Notes under the pieces: generated by a model
Databases searched by the model: none
Told to the model about the DNA's origin: nothing
Seen by the model: the letters and a program-made list of their open reading frames with translations, nothing else
Part shown: positions 1 to 13,094 of the stretch, in pieces
How positions within the stretch are numbered: position 1 is the first letter of the stretch
How the letters are laid out: the number at the start of each line of letters is the position of its first letter
Made by a program: the position numbers and the translations under genes
Source: Eledone cirrhosa
Lineage: Eukaryota
DNA: 64,000 nucleotides
Assembly (NCBI GenBank): GCA_964016885.1
Contig: OZ024746.1
Span: 99,200,001-99,264,000 of the forward strand
Direction of reading: 5' to 3'

Positions 1-100
1 ATATATATATATATATGTATTCCTTTCTTTCTCTCTGTCTTTCTCTCTCTCTGTCTTTCTATCACACACATACACACACACACATATATATATATATATA

Positions 101-354
101 TGTAGGAGGTGAGTTTTATTGTAGCACAATAAAGCAATGCAAATATCGGATAAGTAGCACTCAACAGTTTATAGGACTGGAGTATAAATAATATAAGATC
201 AAAAGATGGTTAAAAAAGTTCCATGTATTTTATTATGCGCATTTCAAAACAAGTATCATCATCTGATGAGAACGCAAATATCATCCATGATGATACTTGT
301 CTTTGAAATGCGCATAATAAAATACATGGAACTCTTTTAACCATCTTTTGATCT

Positions 355-360
<6 letters not shown>
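101..360. mobile_element. Fold-back Penelope-like pLTR/retrozyme-like cassette (family A) with hammerhead core
   Basis: Arms 191-262 and 287-359 are reverse complements. The spacer begins exactly with CTGATGA (263-269), followed by GAAA-TGCGCA-TA-ATAAAAT (305-323). Flanked by (TA)n. Same family as 23266-23688. Confidence 0.7.
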
Positions 361-424
<64 letters not shown>

Positions 425-586
425 AAAATTAAATTAAGGGTGTCATGTGTGAGAGACATGCGCCATATCCACTGTAGAATATGCTCCAAGATTCCAATGA
501 ATAGATCCGAGCATTTTATATCAACTAGAAATTGATTGACATATATATATATCTCAAATAATATAATCTAAGAGTGACATTAGACG

Positions 587-638
<52 letters not shown>

Positions 639-759
639 GCTGCTGCTACTCCTGCTGCTGCTGCTGCTGCTGCTACTCCTCCACAATTCTTTAAGTCAAC
701 AATAATACTTTTGCGGTGTTGTCTGCGGAGTGCCGCCCCATTACCCTAGGACGCCCTAG

Positions 760-891
760 GAGTTCAAATTCCGCCGAAGTTAACTTTCCCTTTCATCCTT
801 ACGGGGTCGATAAATGCACTGAGGTCGATTTAATTGACTTTCCCACTCCCCTTCAATTGCTGGCCTTGTGCCTAAAGTAGAAACAACTATT
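760..891 (+). mobile_element. tRNA-derived SINE family 1, 5'-truncated
   Basis: B-box-like GTTCAAAT, core CCTTTCATCCTTACGGGGTCGATAAA and tail TTGCTGGCCTTGTGCC..AAGTAGAAAC, all shared with about 20 copies in the window. Confidence 0.8.
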
Positions 892-1469
892 TGTGTGTAG
901 AATGGTTGGCTGCTTTATTAGTGTTAATGACAAATCCAAATTTATAAACATAATTAGTATTTATAATAGGAAGAGCTATAGACCCTCACTCGCTCCTCTC
1001 CCCCCTTTCTTCCGTAGCCTCATAGTTCTTGCTTTTCCCCTCCCTTTCCTTCCATTTATGTCATTTATAGTCCTTTCCTGTCTCCTACTTTCCTATACAG
1101 TCAGACCAGCCCTTCTTTACGCCCCTCCATGTTCCTTGCTTGGTTTCGTTTTTATCCTTCTGTTTTCCTTTTCTATCATATTCCATCATTATTTATACAA
1201 CTGTAAATTGATTTATTGTCTGTAATTCTATTGTAAAAATCAATACTTTTCTTGATTTAAAAAAAAAATCTTATATTAGTTATGACTCTATGTTTTGAAT
1301 TCAAATCCCGAATAAACCAACTTTCGCTTACAGCCTTCAGGTTTTGTACTTGGTTTGATTAACACTTTTGTATTTTAGAAAAGAATTTTACATCAACGAG
1401 TCTTTGAAACAATTCCTTGTTATTCTCTGTTTAAAATACAGTGACGTCAGAGGAGACTTCGGGTGTCCT

Positions 1470-1605
1470 TGACCCTAGGACCACTTCCCTACTCACCACC
1501 ATCGGCTTCTGGCATCGTTGGCCCTAGGAACCCATCCCTACTCACCACCATCGGCTTCTGGTATCCTTGGCCATAGTACCACCTCCCTACTTACCACCAT
1601 CAGCA
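1470..1605. repeat. Short tandem repeat, about 49 bp x3
   Basis: Three copies of CCCTACTCACCACCATCGGCTTCTGG-like units next to the CRE fragment. Confidence 0.7.
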
Positions 1606-1614
1606 CAGAGTTGG

Positions 1615-2900
1615 CTACCTGGCAGATCCGGAGGCGGAGCCTCAGGTAAACGCCGATTCGCAGGCTATGGTTGTCTAGCTGCGTGCCAGTGGAGAAGGAG
1701 GGCAGAGCATGGAGCCAGGCACCACTGTGGGGTGTGGAGGCCGCACGAAAACAAGCAAGGCGGTGCTGGTCGAGCTGGCGCGTGAGCCTGTCTGCGGCCA
1801 GGCTGCACTGGATGGCATCCCTTGTGCGTTGGGGGGACTTGACGTCAACAGGGGGAGAAGGAGGAGGGAGTCTACTGGGCTAAGTCCCAGCCAGTCCCAC
1901 GTCTCACAGGCGGCCTCACGTTCTCTGAACATAGAGGGTTCTGTTGTGTTTTGAAGAACCCTGCTGACGAGCCTGGACCTGATGGTGGATCGGATGGCCG
2001 GCGGGTGGATCGGTGACCCGAGGATGAGGACATCCTCTTTGGGGGTAACCTGAACCTGGCGGAGAATGGACCGCACGTCCAAGACGGAGGCTGCAAAGCT
2101 CACAGCATCGAGGCTGACGTTCACCACCTCCGACTTGGCCGAGTTGACCTCGAGGCCGATTCCCGCCAGGGCAGGAATCACCGATTGAAGGTCTTGGCAG
2201 ACCGTCCGTACGGGCCCGCCCAACGTAGCATCATCCAGATACCAAACGTTGAGAGGGGCCGTGATACTCCGAGCGATGTGGTCAATACCAAGGGCGAACA
2301 GGAGGGGTCCCAAAGGGTCGCCCTGTTGGATCCCAGTAGCCGAGAGTATGACCGTTTCAGCAGCTAGGAGCATGCTCGGGGCTCCATATGACAGGTAGGC
2401 CAGCGGGTAGGCAGAGGGGGCTCGGCTGAGGCAGGCCTCGAGCAGATGATCCCAGCTTAAAGAGTTAAAGGCATTCCTCATGTCAAGCTTGACAATGAGG
2501 TGCCTGGTGTCCCTGGATGCCGGTACCGATGGGCAGCTGCTGAAGAACTGCTTGATTGCATGAGAGGCTCCCTCACAGCCACCGGACACGCCGACACCCA
2601 GTTGCACCGGACTAAACTCCTCACCCAGTTCATGTGTGATGGACTTGCAGATCACCTTGGCAGCCAGCCTCCGGAAGACATTGCCCACAGCAATGGGGCG
2701 TATGCCACCCTCTTTCTTCCTGAGAGCGGTGAGGCTGGCCGAAAAAAAGAGGCCTCGGGCGTAAGGGTCGAGGGCACCATGAATGAGCCTATTGATGAGC
2801 GCCACAATTGCACTCAGAAGGCGGCGCCCGGCCTCAGCGGAGAGGGGGGATGTCAACTCCTAGAGGTGGCCTGGTCGGAGACCATCAACACCGCAGCTAA
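1615..2900 (-). mobile_element. CRE-clade non-LTR retrotransposon fragment (RT plus post-RT region)
   Basis: ORF 1675-2856 has IRPIAVGNVFRRL, KLDMRNAFNS, GIQQGDPLGPLLFAL and WYLDD. A shifted frame near 1620-1790 reads [27 protein letters not shown], typical of CRE elements upstream of the Zn finger. Confidence 0.85.
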
Positions 2901-3399
2901 AGTAACTAAATAAACACATGAACATGTGTGTGTGTGTGTGTGTGTGTGTTGAGCCTCTGTTACATTTGTGAAATCCTACTGTATGTCTGGGCATTTAACT
3001 CTTGTTGGGGCGTGTCTTGGACATGTAAATCCTGATGGAGCCCATCACCTCAGAGCACAGTCGACTTCTACCAGAGAGTGATATAGGGGAAGTGAGAAAG
3101 AGATACAGAGGAAGAATCAACCCCAGTACTTGAGTGGTAGTTTTTATCGACCTTGAAAGGATTAACCTCAGTGGGGTTTGCATTTAAAAAGTAGAGAGCT
3201 GGAACGACAACCGCAAGGCATTCTATCCAACGTTAAAACCACTCTGCCAAGTTTCTGCCGGGTCTTATACCTAAACTGTTCCCCTCTTCCTCGTGCCGTG
3301 GAAGAGCTCAGCCGTCGGGACCCAACTCTTTATAATGTAGCCATACTCTAGTATTCTGTTGAATAATGGTCTAACCAGTTTAGAACTGGTTATATCCTG

Positions 3400-3443
<44 letters not shown>

Positions 3444-3448
<5 letters not shown>

Positions 3449-3609
3449 TGGCTTCTACATGACTAGAACTGTTTCATTGGGAAGAAATCATCATGATTTC
3501 TTCCGAATGAAACAGTTCTCGACCTGTAGGAGCCATTTCTATATTAAATATGTATACTCTATGTATTGTGTACCTTACTGTGGTTACGCCTGATTGAACT
3601 CGGGATAAA

Positions 3610-3610
<1 letters not shown>
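3444..3610. mobile_element. Fold-back hammerhead cassette (family C)
   Basis: Arms ~3444-3490 and ~3494-3540 turn inside TCATCA/TGA. The right arm has TGATTTCTTCCGAAT-GAAA-CAG..CTG-TA-GGAGC. Other copies at 6870-6930, 7510-7565 and 29075-29135. Confidence 0.55.
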
Positions 3611-3696
<86 letters not shown>

Positions 3697-3699
<3 letters not shown>

Positions 3700-4697
3700 A
3701 CTGTTATAGAAACACGTGTCAATAAATTCCTTCTTAACTAAACTGTATCCATTAAAATCCTTCTATTTTTCTCCGGATTACTTTTGGAACTACAACTGGA
3801 ACCGTCGAGCAAACTCTGCGTGAGCTGTCCATCTACTGTGTGTAATATTTATATTACAACACTACGGAAAATACTGTATATTTACCTCCTGTAAAGTCGA
3901 GCAACCCACACAGCAAACGCAACCACAACAATGGAAAAACACTACCTGGATATGTCACTCAAAAACATACCAACCCAAGGTAAAAAGGAATACTTACTGA
4001 GTATGATTAAAAAAACTAATGAATTCATTCGACGTGTCAGGTGGAAAACGCTCCACTATGATAGAAGCCGTATGAACTCACCATCGGAAAGTGGTGTAAA
4101 CAACAAATTTGGTTTTAGAACGTGTAAAAACCCACCCACCAACCCACTATTAGATGCATTTGAGCAGGACCTTATGGACTTAATCCTTAAAATTAAATTC
4201 AAAGTTACAGAAAGATATTAAAAAACTACTGGACGACCTTAAAAACACCAAAGGAATTGTAGTAAAAGCGGACAAAACATCAAACCTGTATACTATGGAC
4301 TGCACTACATACAACAACTTCATTCGAAAAGAATTACATAAAAAATATAGAAAAACGAATGAAGCAACTCTTAAGCACATCAATGATGAGGCATGCGAAA
4401 TAGTGAAAAATCTCGGGATCGAAGATAGGACAGGACCACTCTTACCGGCGGTACCCATCTTCAATCTTAAGGACCATAAGGTAAACTTTGATAATGACCC
4501 TAAAATTAGATTAATCTGCTCCTCTAAATCAGATATAGGTAAAATAAGCAAATATATCTTAGATAGAATCATCCCCCAAATTAAGGCTAAGGTTAACATT
4601 AAACTCTGGGGGAAGACCCAAGAAGCAATAAGATGGTTTAATAGCATTAGCAATAAGAAAAAATCTAAGTTTATCCAGTTTGATATCGACGAATATA
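3697..4697 (+). mobile_element. Penelope-like element (Naiad-type) 5' fragment: UTR, N-terminus and start of RT
   Basis: [57 protein letters not shown] and FIQFDI (RT motif A). Frameshifted and 3'-truncated, between (TA)n tracts. Confidence 0.8.
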
Positions 4698-4741
4698 CTG
4701 TACCGATTGTGTTGTTATTTCTGTTTACCTTTTACTTACAT

Positions 4742-4886
<145 letters not shown>

Positions 4887-5237
4887 AGTGGAAGCTTAGT
4901 AAAATCGAAGCTTTGGCTGCGGCCAAGCAAAATCGACCTACAATTAGGAATGAGTAGCAAAGCACTCAATATGGGTAGGACCTCAGAGTAATAGATAGCT
5001 TGACAAATTGAAAATTGCGGCAGGCAAAACCCAACCATACAATATCAAAACAGCGAAAAAACTAATCAGATTAAAACAACAGACCTGGACAAATCGAACG
5101 ATATTCCGCAATACGTCCGATATGTTTCTATGAACCCGAAATAATCAATCCAACTTACGTAAAACGTAAGCTTGTGGTATTCTATGATCGATTCAAATTT
5201 TAAGAAAGCCAAGGATAGTATGGATATATATAAATAA

Positions 5238-5346
5238 ATAATTGTTTCTACTTTTGGCACAAGGCCAGCAATTACCCTGAACATTATTGGTACTTTATTT
5301 TATCGACCCCGTAAGGATGAAAGGCAAAGTTGGCCTCGGCGGGATT
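5238..5346 (-). mobile_element. SINE family 1, partial
   Basis: Reverse complement of the family core and tail. Confidence 0.8.
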
Positions 5347-5783
5347 ATATAAATAAATAATGATATACTATCCTTGGTTTTCTTATAATTTGAAATGTAA
5401 ATGCTCTGCTATTGTAACTGACCTTTATTCATCCAGCTTTCTTATCACTCCTGAAAAACAAAGGGTGGTAAAGTACATCTAGCTTATCACATCTTACCAA
5501 TGAAAATAGTGAAGTATTACACTGTAACCTCATAAATTGTTATATACATATATATATAGGTATGTATGTATGTATGTATGTATGTATGTATGTATGTATG
5601 TATGTATGTATGTATGTATGTATGTATGTATGTATGTATGTATGTGTGTTCTGGTTTTATAATTTCACAAAGTTTTACCAACAGAGAGAGAGTCGGTTTC
5701 TAACATAGACACAAGACTCTCTCATTGGAATTTACACATCAACTCGGTAGATTATGTATGCATGAATGTGTAGATATGGATGT

Positions 5784-6847
5784 TGATAAGCATGCAGTTT
5801 TTCATCCATGGATACACTGCGATACTGCTGAGCCACTTCCCCAAGTATGAGTTTTTGATTATCACACAGGGAATATCTCTCGAGGAGTTCCTTCCAAACT
5901 CATGATCTTATCTGTTTCATGCAGATAGACTTGCTCGAGAGACGGGCTCCTACGCTTCGAGGTTCGTAGATGTTGTCGGAGAGATATGATGCGACATTCA
6001 AATGTTGTCTGGACTGATGTTAGGCCTCTGCCTCCCTGCTTACGTTTCAAGTAAAGGCGGTCTATGTCACTGTTGATGTGGAAGTTTCCGGTGTTGTTTA
6101 GTATTTTTCGAGTTCCAACATCAACTGTTCGGCTTTCGTCTATCGTCCAATTGAGTATTCCAAACGTTGGTGTTAGGACAGGCACAGCAAACACATTGTG
6201 AGCCACTGTTTTGTTTTGCGCCGAGAGTTCCGATGACCAGATCTTTCTTAATCGGGTGTAGTATTCCCTGCTTACGCGTTCTTTATTACAGATACCATTA
6301 TAGGATATGTTCTCATCTATCTCCAGGTATCTGTAGCTGTCCTCATCAGATATCGGTGAAACAGTTAAGCCATTGATGACAATGTTGCTAGATTGGGTTG
6401 TTGTTTTGCCCGCTTTACAGTCATGTATGAGCATTTATATTGGCCAAACTCCATTACTATATCCTTTGAGAACGTTGTAACCAGGTCAAGATTTTTCTTC
6501 ATCCCATCCATGTTCTTGGCAGAGTTTCAGATCGTCCACAAAGAAATTATGGGTTAGGTTCTTATTTCTGTCCTCCTGTGAGCCAATGATGTATCCCTCT
6601 CATTTCTTGAGCAGAAAGGACAAGGGGTTTAATGACAAGATGAATAATATCACAGAGAGACTGTCCCCCTGCAATATTTTATTTTATCAGTGAAAATAGA
6701 GTCCTCCCTCTCTGTCTTTAACCTTAGGATAGTAGCCCAAGAAGAAGACAGCCTCTCTATGGCTCTGACGATAATGTCTGGGACTTTAGCAAGTTGGAGG
6801 GCCTCTATCATCCAAGAGTGGGGAACAGAATCGAAAGCTTTCCTGTA
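5784..6847 (-). mobile_element. R4/Dong-like RLE non-LTR retrotransposon RT fragment
   Basis: Minus-strand translation gives KAFDSVPHSW, LQGDSLSVILFILSLNPLSFLL, HNFFVDDLKL, YRYLEIDE and DRLYLKRKQGGRGL. Frameshifted. Confidence 0.8.
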
Positions 6848-6929
6848 TGTATGTATGCATATATATATTTCTAATATAGAAATGGCTTCTACGGGACTAG
6901 AACTGTTTCATTCAGTAGAAATCATCAGG

Positions 6930-6979
<50 letters not shown>

Positions 6980-7144
6980 ATAACAAGTTATCGTTTTAGG
7001 TAATCCAGTTAAACCCCTTTTTGTACAGCCGACCATGCTATTCTTCACTCTTTCACTATATATATATATCCGGGAGCTTCCAACAGAAATGGTCGCATTC
7101 TTTAAGGGTATGTCAATATTTATTCATAAAACTGATCTATATTA

Positions 7145-7208
7145 TATTTTATCTGATGAAAGCGCACCATAATTTGACTTGGTGCCCTTGAAATATGTAT
7201 AATGAAAT
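7145..7208 (+). ncRNA. Type I hammerhead ribozyme motif (family B)
   Basis: Stem I TATTTTAT/ATGAAATA, CTGATGA at 7153-7159, stem II AAGcGCACCA/TGGTGCcCTT, GAAA at 7190-7193, short stem III TATGTA then TA cleavage site. Confidence 0.75.
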
Positions 7209-7332
7209 AAATATGGTTTTATAAATATAGTTTCCATTTGTTAATATATCGTATTTTTACTCCAATAATTTGTTGAGTGCTTTATATCAGTTATAAAAAT
7301 ATTTGGTTGTTGTATCCCAACAATTTAAATAT

Positions 7333-7478
<146 letters not shown>

Positions 7479-7584
7479 CACACACATATATATATATATA
7501 TATTTAATATTGAAATAGCTTCTTCAGAACCAGAACTGTTTCATTCAGTAGAAATCATCAGGAAATATATACGGTATATATACA

Positions 7585-8088
7585 CGAGGGGGCTTCAAAA
7601 ATTTCGTAGAAAAAGTACATAGCAGGGATTTTGATCTCAATGCACCTGTAAGTTCTCGTACTAACGTGTCATAACATGTTCTAACATGAACCGTTAGATA
7701 TTAAATACATGTTGCAACATGGCACCGCCTCGAGCAACATGGCCTCCACCAAAACATCAAATTCATGGTGAAGCTACAGTGTAAGAGTAGAGAAATCATT
7801 GACACCCTGGATCAAGTTTATGGAGACAATGTCCCAAAGAAATCAACAACCTACAAATGGATAAGTCGCTGTAGAAGTGGAAGAGATGAGGATGAAGATG
7901 ATCCCCAGTTGAAGATGTAAAAGAAGCTACTTCGACGGCCCTCAGTTTTACAGATAGACTTAAAAGCTGGTATCAACACTTGCTGAAGTGTATTGACCTG
8001 CATGGATCATATGTTGAAAAATAAACCTCATAACTTAAGCCGTTTATACCAACTGTCCTTTTTCCACGAACGTTTTGAAGCCCCTTCC
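7585..8088 (+). mobile_element. Internally deleted mariner (Hsmar2/irritans-like) element
   Basis: TIRs CGAGGGGGCTTCAAAA / TTTTGAAGCCCCTTCC followed by TA. Remnant N-terminus NIKFMVKL..EIIDTLDQVYGDNVPKKSTTYKWI is fused to C-terminus KCIDLHGSYVEK*. Confidence 0.8.
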
Positions 8089-8974
8089 TATATATAACAA
8101 TATATGAGGATACTTACTTGAGCTAACTCACATACACTGACTTGTTAAGTAAAATATATATAACCTATATATAAACTAAGCTAACCATAGTTTTGTAATA
8201 TTTGAATACTCAACCAGCGAGTATCGTCCCTGGTTGTTTTAAAGTTAGTGGTGGAGTGAAATCAGAATTGACGCTGACAGAATCCAGAAATACCAAGAAT
8301 CGAACTATATAGTGTGATTCCTCTGGTTTTAAGCCCTTACTTTGCACTTCTTAGAAAAATAAACCCCAAACATTTGGTGACATTTTAAAGGTTTCCACAT
8401 GGAAAACGTCTTTTATGTACTTTTTAAAAATATTTTTTACCACCCACTTTCTTCTAACAAAATAACAAAAGAAAACTAAAGAAGAGAAAATGAAATAAAA
8501 TGATGGAAGTCTGACAGCCTTGTTTACCTAAATATCCAGCTTGTACCAACAATTGACCCTTTCGGTAGTAGCTTGATTTGCAAGAAATAGCAACCAAATT
8601 CATCTTAAATAATATTCTACCATTTTAAAATTCATATCTAAGACTACACTTGATAATCTTCTTCTTCTTCTTCTTCCTCCTCTTCTTCTTCTTCTTCTTC
8701 TTCTTTATAACTATCCTTCCTATATATAACGCTAGCTATCCAGACAGACAGGTCAATAAGTTGTCTGGATATGTTTGTGTATGTTGTAACATCTGACAAC
8801 CATTCAACCATCTTCCATCTATGTCACCTGACTATGATATTTAAAGAAGTCACTAACGTATATATATAAACAATCCAAGTAAAAGAGTCCTGGTAGTTGG
8901 TAACTCTGAAACAGGAGAAATACCAGATGGTTGCAGAGATGCCACCATTTTTATACGGTACATAATTCTTTCTA

Positions 8975-9865
8975 ATATTGGTTTCTTATATAGGCACAAG
9001 GCCAGCAATTTTTTGGGGAGGGGAAAGTCTATTAAATCGACACCAGTGCGTGACTGGTACTTTATTTTATCGACCCCGTAAGGATAAAAGGCAAAGTTAA
9101 CCTCGGCGGGATTTGAACTCAGATCATAAAGGGTCGTAACTCTATGCTGCATAGAATGGTGTCTGACCCTCTACCGATACTGCTAATCTACAACCCTAAT
9201 AATTCTTTCTAATATTGGCACAGAGCCAGCAGTTTAGGGGGAGGTGGAGTCAATAATATTGGTTTCTGATTTAGGCACAAGAGCAACAATCTTGGGGTGG
9301 GGAAAGTCGATTAAATCGATCCCAGTGCGTTACTGGTACTTTTGTCATGTTTAAACTTATAGGATATGAATTGAGGGAGATTTGGCTGCTAACAAGTTAG
9401 GTGATCGTCCAGCAAAGGGAGGGGACCTTTTAATGCTAGGGAAACTTGCAAATGTATAAAAACTTGTGGAGTTGGATAGATGCTGAGAATAATAATTGTT
9501 TCTACTTTTAGCACAAGGCCAGCAATTATTCCAGTGTATTACTGGTACTTTATTTTATCGATCCCGTAAGGATGAAAGGCAAAATTAACCTCGGTGGGAT
9601 TTGAACTCATAAAGGGCCGTAACTATTTTGCTGATACTGCCAATCCACCACCCTTATGCTGAGAATAATAATGGTTTCTGATTTAAGCACAAGGCCAACA
9701 ATTTGGTGGGAGGGGAAAGTCGATTAAATCGACCCCAGTGTGTTACTGGTACTTTATTTATCGACCCCGTAAGGATGACAGGCAAAGTTAACCGCAGCCG
9801 GATTTGAACTCAGACTGTAAAGGGGTGTAACTCTATGCTACAAAGCATGACGTCCGCCATTCTAA
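8975..9865 (-). mobile_element. Cluster of four or more SINE family 1 copies
   Basis: Minus-strand copies at ~8975-9196, 9200-9340, 9491-9652 (flanked by direct repeat ATGCTGAGAATAATAAT) and 9670-9865. Confidence 0.8.
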
Positions 9866-10071
9866 AGCGTCTAAAGTGACATAGTCAGCAAGAAAAACAA
9901 TATGTCAGCTGGCAGAAAAGGCAACGTCTTTTATCAATTATTAGGTTATCAGTAGTGGAATGTACAGAGTTTTCAATCTACGCCGCCGCCTCACATTGTT
10001 TACCGTAATAAGGAATTTAAGTGTTGAAAACAACTATGGAAACCTATGAAATATTGTTATCTTTTAATCAC

Positions 10072-11060
<989 letters not shown>

Positions 11061-11411
11061 CAGACCTACATATATTGATTACGTGTATGTGTATAAATGT
11101 ATGATTGTTCCTATATCTTCCCACATATAATTCCAATATGAGTTAGATTACACACAGAACGTTATATAGAAATATTCACTAATAATAGCGGCGTGGTGAA
11201 ATAATCGGGGGGGGGGGGGGGGCATTTGCGTAAATAAGCGGGGCTGGGGGTAGTGGAATAAACGGGGGTATCGGTAATTCTATAGTGTACGTTCTTAAAT
11301 ATGGGATGTCTTGTTGATATTTACAGCTTGGGGAAGTAACAGAGTCAATATAACAGAAAATATTGGCTAGATCTTAAGCGACCCTTTTGTAATGCACAGC
11401 TTTTTAATATA

Positions 11412-11941
11412 CTCTCGGGTCCCAAATAATGGGGGGGGGGCGTGGAGTCGAATAGGTAATTGTATAGTGCAGGCATGTCTAACATGCGGCCCGTGGGCCA
11501 CTTGCAGCCCTTTACAATCACACCTGCGGCCCGTACAAACGTTTTTACAACATGAGCATGTTTTATCTTCGTAAAATTAGTTGTAATGTGCGCAATTAGT
11601 TGAAGTTGTCACGTGTGTCCCTGAGACAACACATATGTGACTCATGTGGCCCTCAGACAACACATGTAACCCATGTGGCCCTGAGACAACACATATGTGA
11701 CTCATGTGGCCCTTGGGGGAACCCTCAGTTTGACATGCCTGGTATAGTGTAATGTTCTTTTTTTTGTTATATATAATGTTTTTTGTAATGATTTTTAATG
11801 TAAAAATACAATTATTATTTAATTCTCCAGCTGCTGTGTCGATATGAATCACTCACAATAAAATTCAATGGGCGGGGGTGGGTGGAAAAATCCGAAAAAC
11901 TAATAAACGGGGGCAGGGGTCAATTATTCAAGACCTGAGAG
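11412..11941. mobile_element. TA-flanked Tc1/mariner-pogo-type MITE hosting a nested hAT MITE
   Basis: Imperfect TIRs CTCTCGGGTCCCAAATAAT / ATTATTCAAGACCTGAGAG with TA on both sides. Confidence 0.55.
11470..11741. mobile_element. hAT (Charlie-like) MITE
   Basis: TIRs CAGGCATGTCTAAC / GTTTGACATGCCTG, 8-bp TSD GTATAGTG (11462-11469 and 11742-11749), internal ~31-bp repeat x3. Confidence 0.85.
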
Positions 11942-12489
11942 TAGATATACAAATACACACTACTTCAAGTTAGCGACAATGTGTAAATGTAAACACTGGA
12001 AAATGACGTGAGTTTGCGTCTGGGCATAAGCTGTAATTCGGATTTGATCCCGGTTTCGCTTTTATTTTGTATATCATAGCGATATGTTTTAAGGAGAGTT
12101 GCTACAGAGATGTATTTTTTATAAATCTCTCCAGACGTTAAACTCCACCAGTTGCAAACTGCAAATCAACATGTGATATCTCTCTCTACAAAGTTCGATC
12201 ACCAGCAGCAGAGTTTAAAGAGCAAATGTCAAATCCAGTTCATAAGTTGACATTATCAAGCCACGTTTGGCTGCCGGCCTCTGCCGGCCTCTCCAGGAAT
12301 ATATACTTTAGGCACAAGGCCAGCAATTACCCAGTGCATTACTGGTACTTTATTTTATATAATACCTTTCGATCACCAGCAGCAGAGTTCAAAGAGCAAA
12401 GATCAAGTCCAGTCCATAAGTTGACATTATCAAGCCATCGTTTTGGCTGCTGGCCTCTGCTTCTCTTACCAGCCAACCTTCCCTCCAGG

Positions 12490-12845
12490 CATAACCTACT
12501 CACACCACAAGTTGATCTTTATATATGACTGTATAGTTTGAGAACTCTTGACTTGACAATTGATGTAATTGGTCTAAGTCTGGTAATGTTGAGCAGCTCA
12601 CTGATACAGATACGGTCACTGAGCCGCTTGCCAGTCATAAGTCTCATGATGTGGTTCTGGAATGTAGAGAGCTTCTGAAGTGACCATGTTGCCCAATTAA
12701 CACAGCCAAGACCATATAACACAACTGGAAGGATGTAAGTAACTTGAGCAATTAGTTGGTTGTAGATTGTACGTTGGAGATTGGCATTGTTTTTATCAGT
12801 TGTCATACACTTTGTTTTGGAGATGTTGACGTGTAAGCCAGCCTT
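12490..12845 (-). mobile_element. RTE-like LINE fragment
   Basis: ORF 12519-12806 contains ILPVVLYG..W..KLSTFQNHIMRLMTGKRLSDRI..R.LKLYSHI, a post-RT region typical of RTE elements. Confidence 0.6.
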
Positions 12846-13094
12846 TAGTTAATGTTTGGCCAGTACATTTATAAATATATATGGCTAAATTGTCTTTGAC
12901 TAGAGTTATTCCGAACATGACCACCCTGTTTTTTAAAGGGCCTATCTATAATTATATTATCAGTATCTCTTTAAGACGATAGAGGGTGAATCGACTGCTA
13001 TTTCTAACAGGTTCAGTGACAAGTAGAAGCTTCACGTCAAATGACCAACTGTGTTCCAGAATTATCGTACAAGATACATACATACATAAATACA

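Noticed and set aside
893-1225. Hydrophobic 110-aa ORF
   Set aside because: Pyrimidine-rich low-complexity sequence ending near an A-run; more likely a retroelement 3' UTR than a gene.
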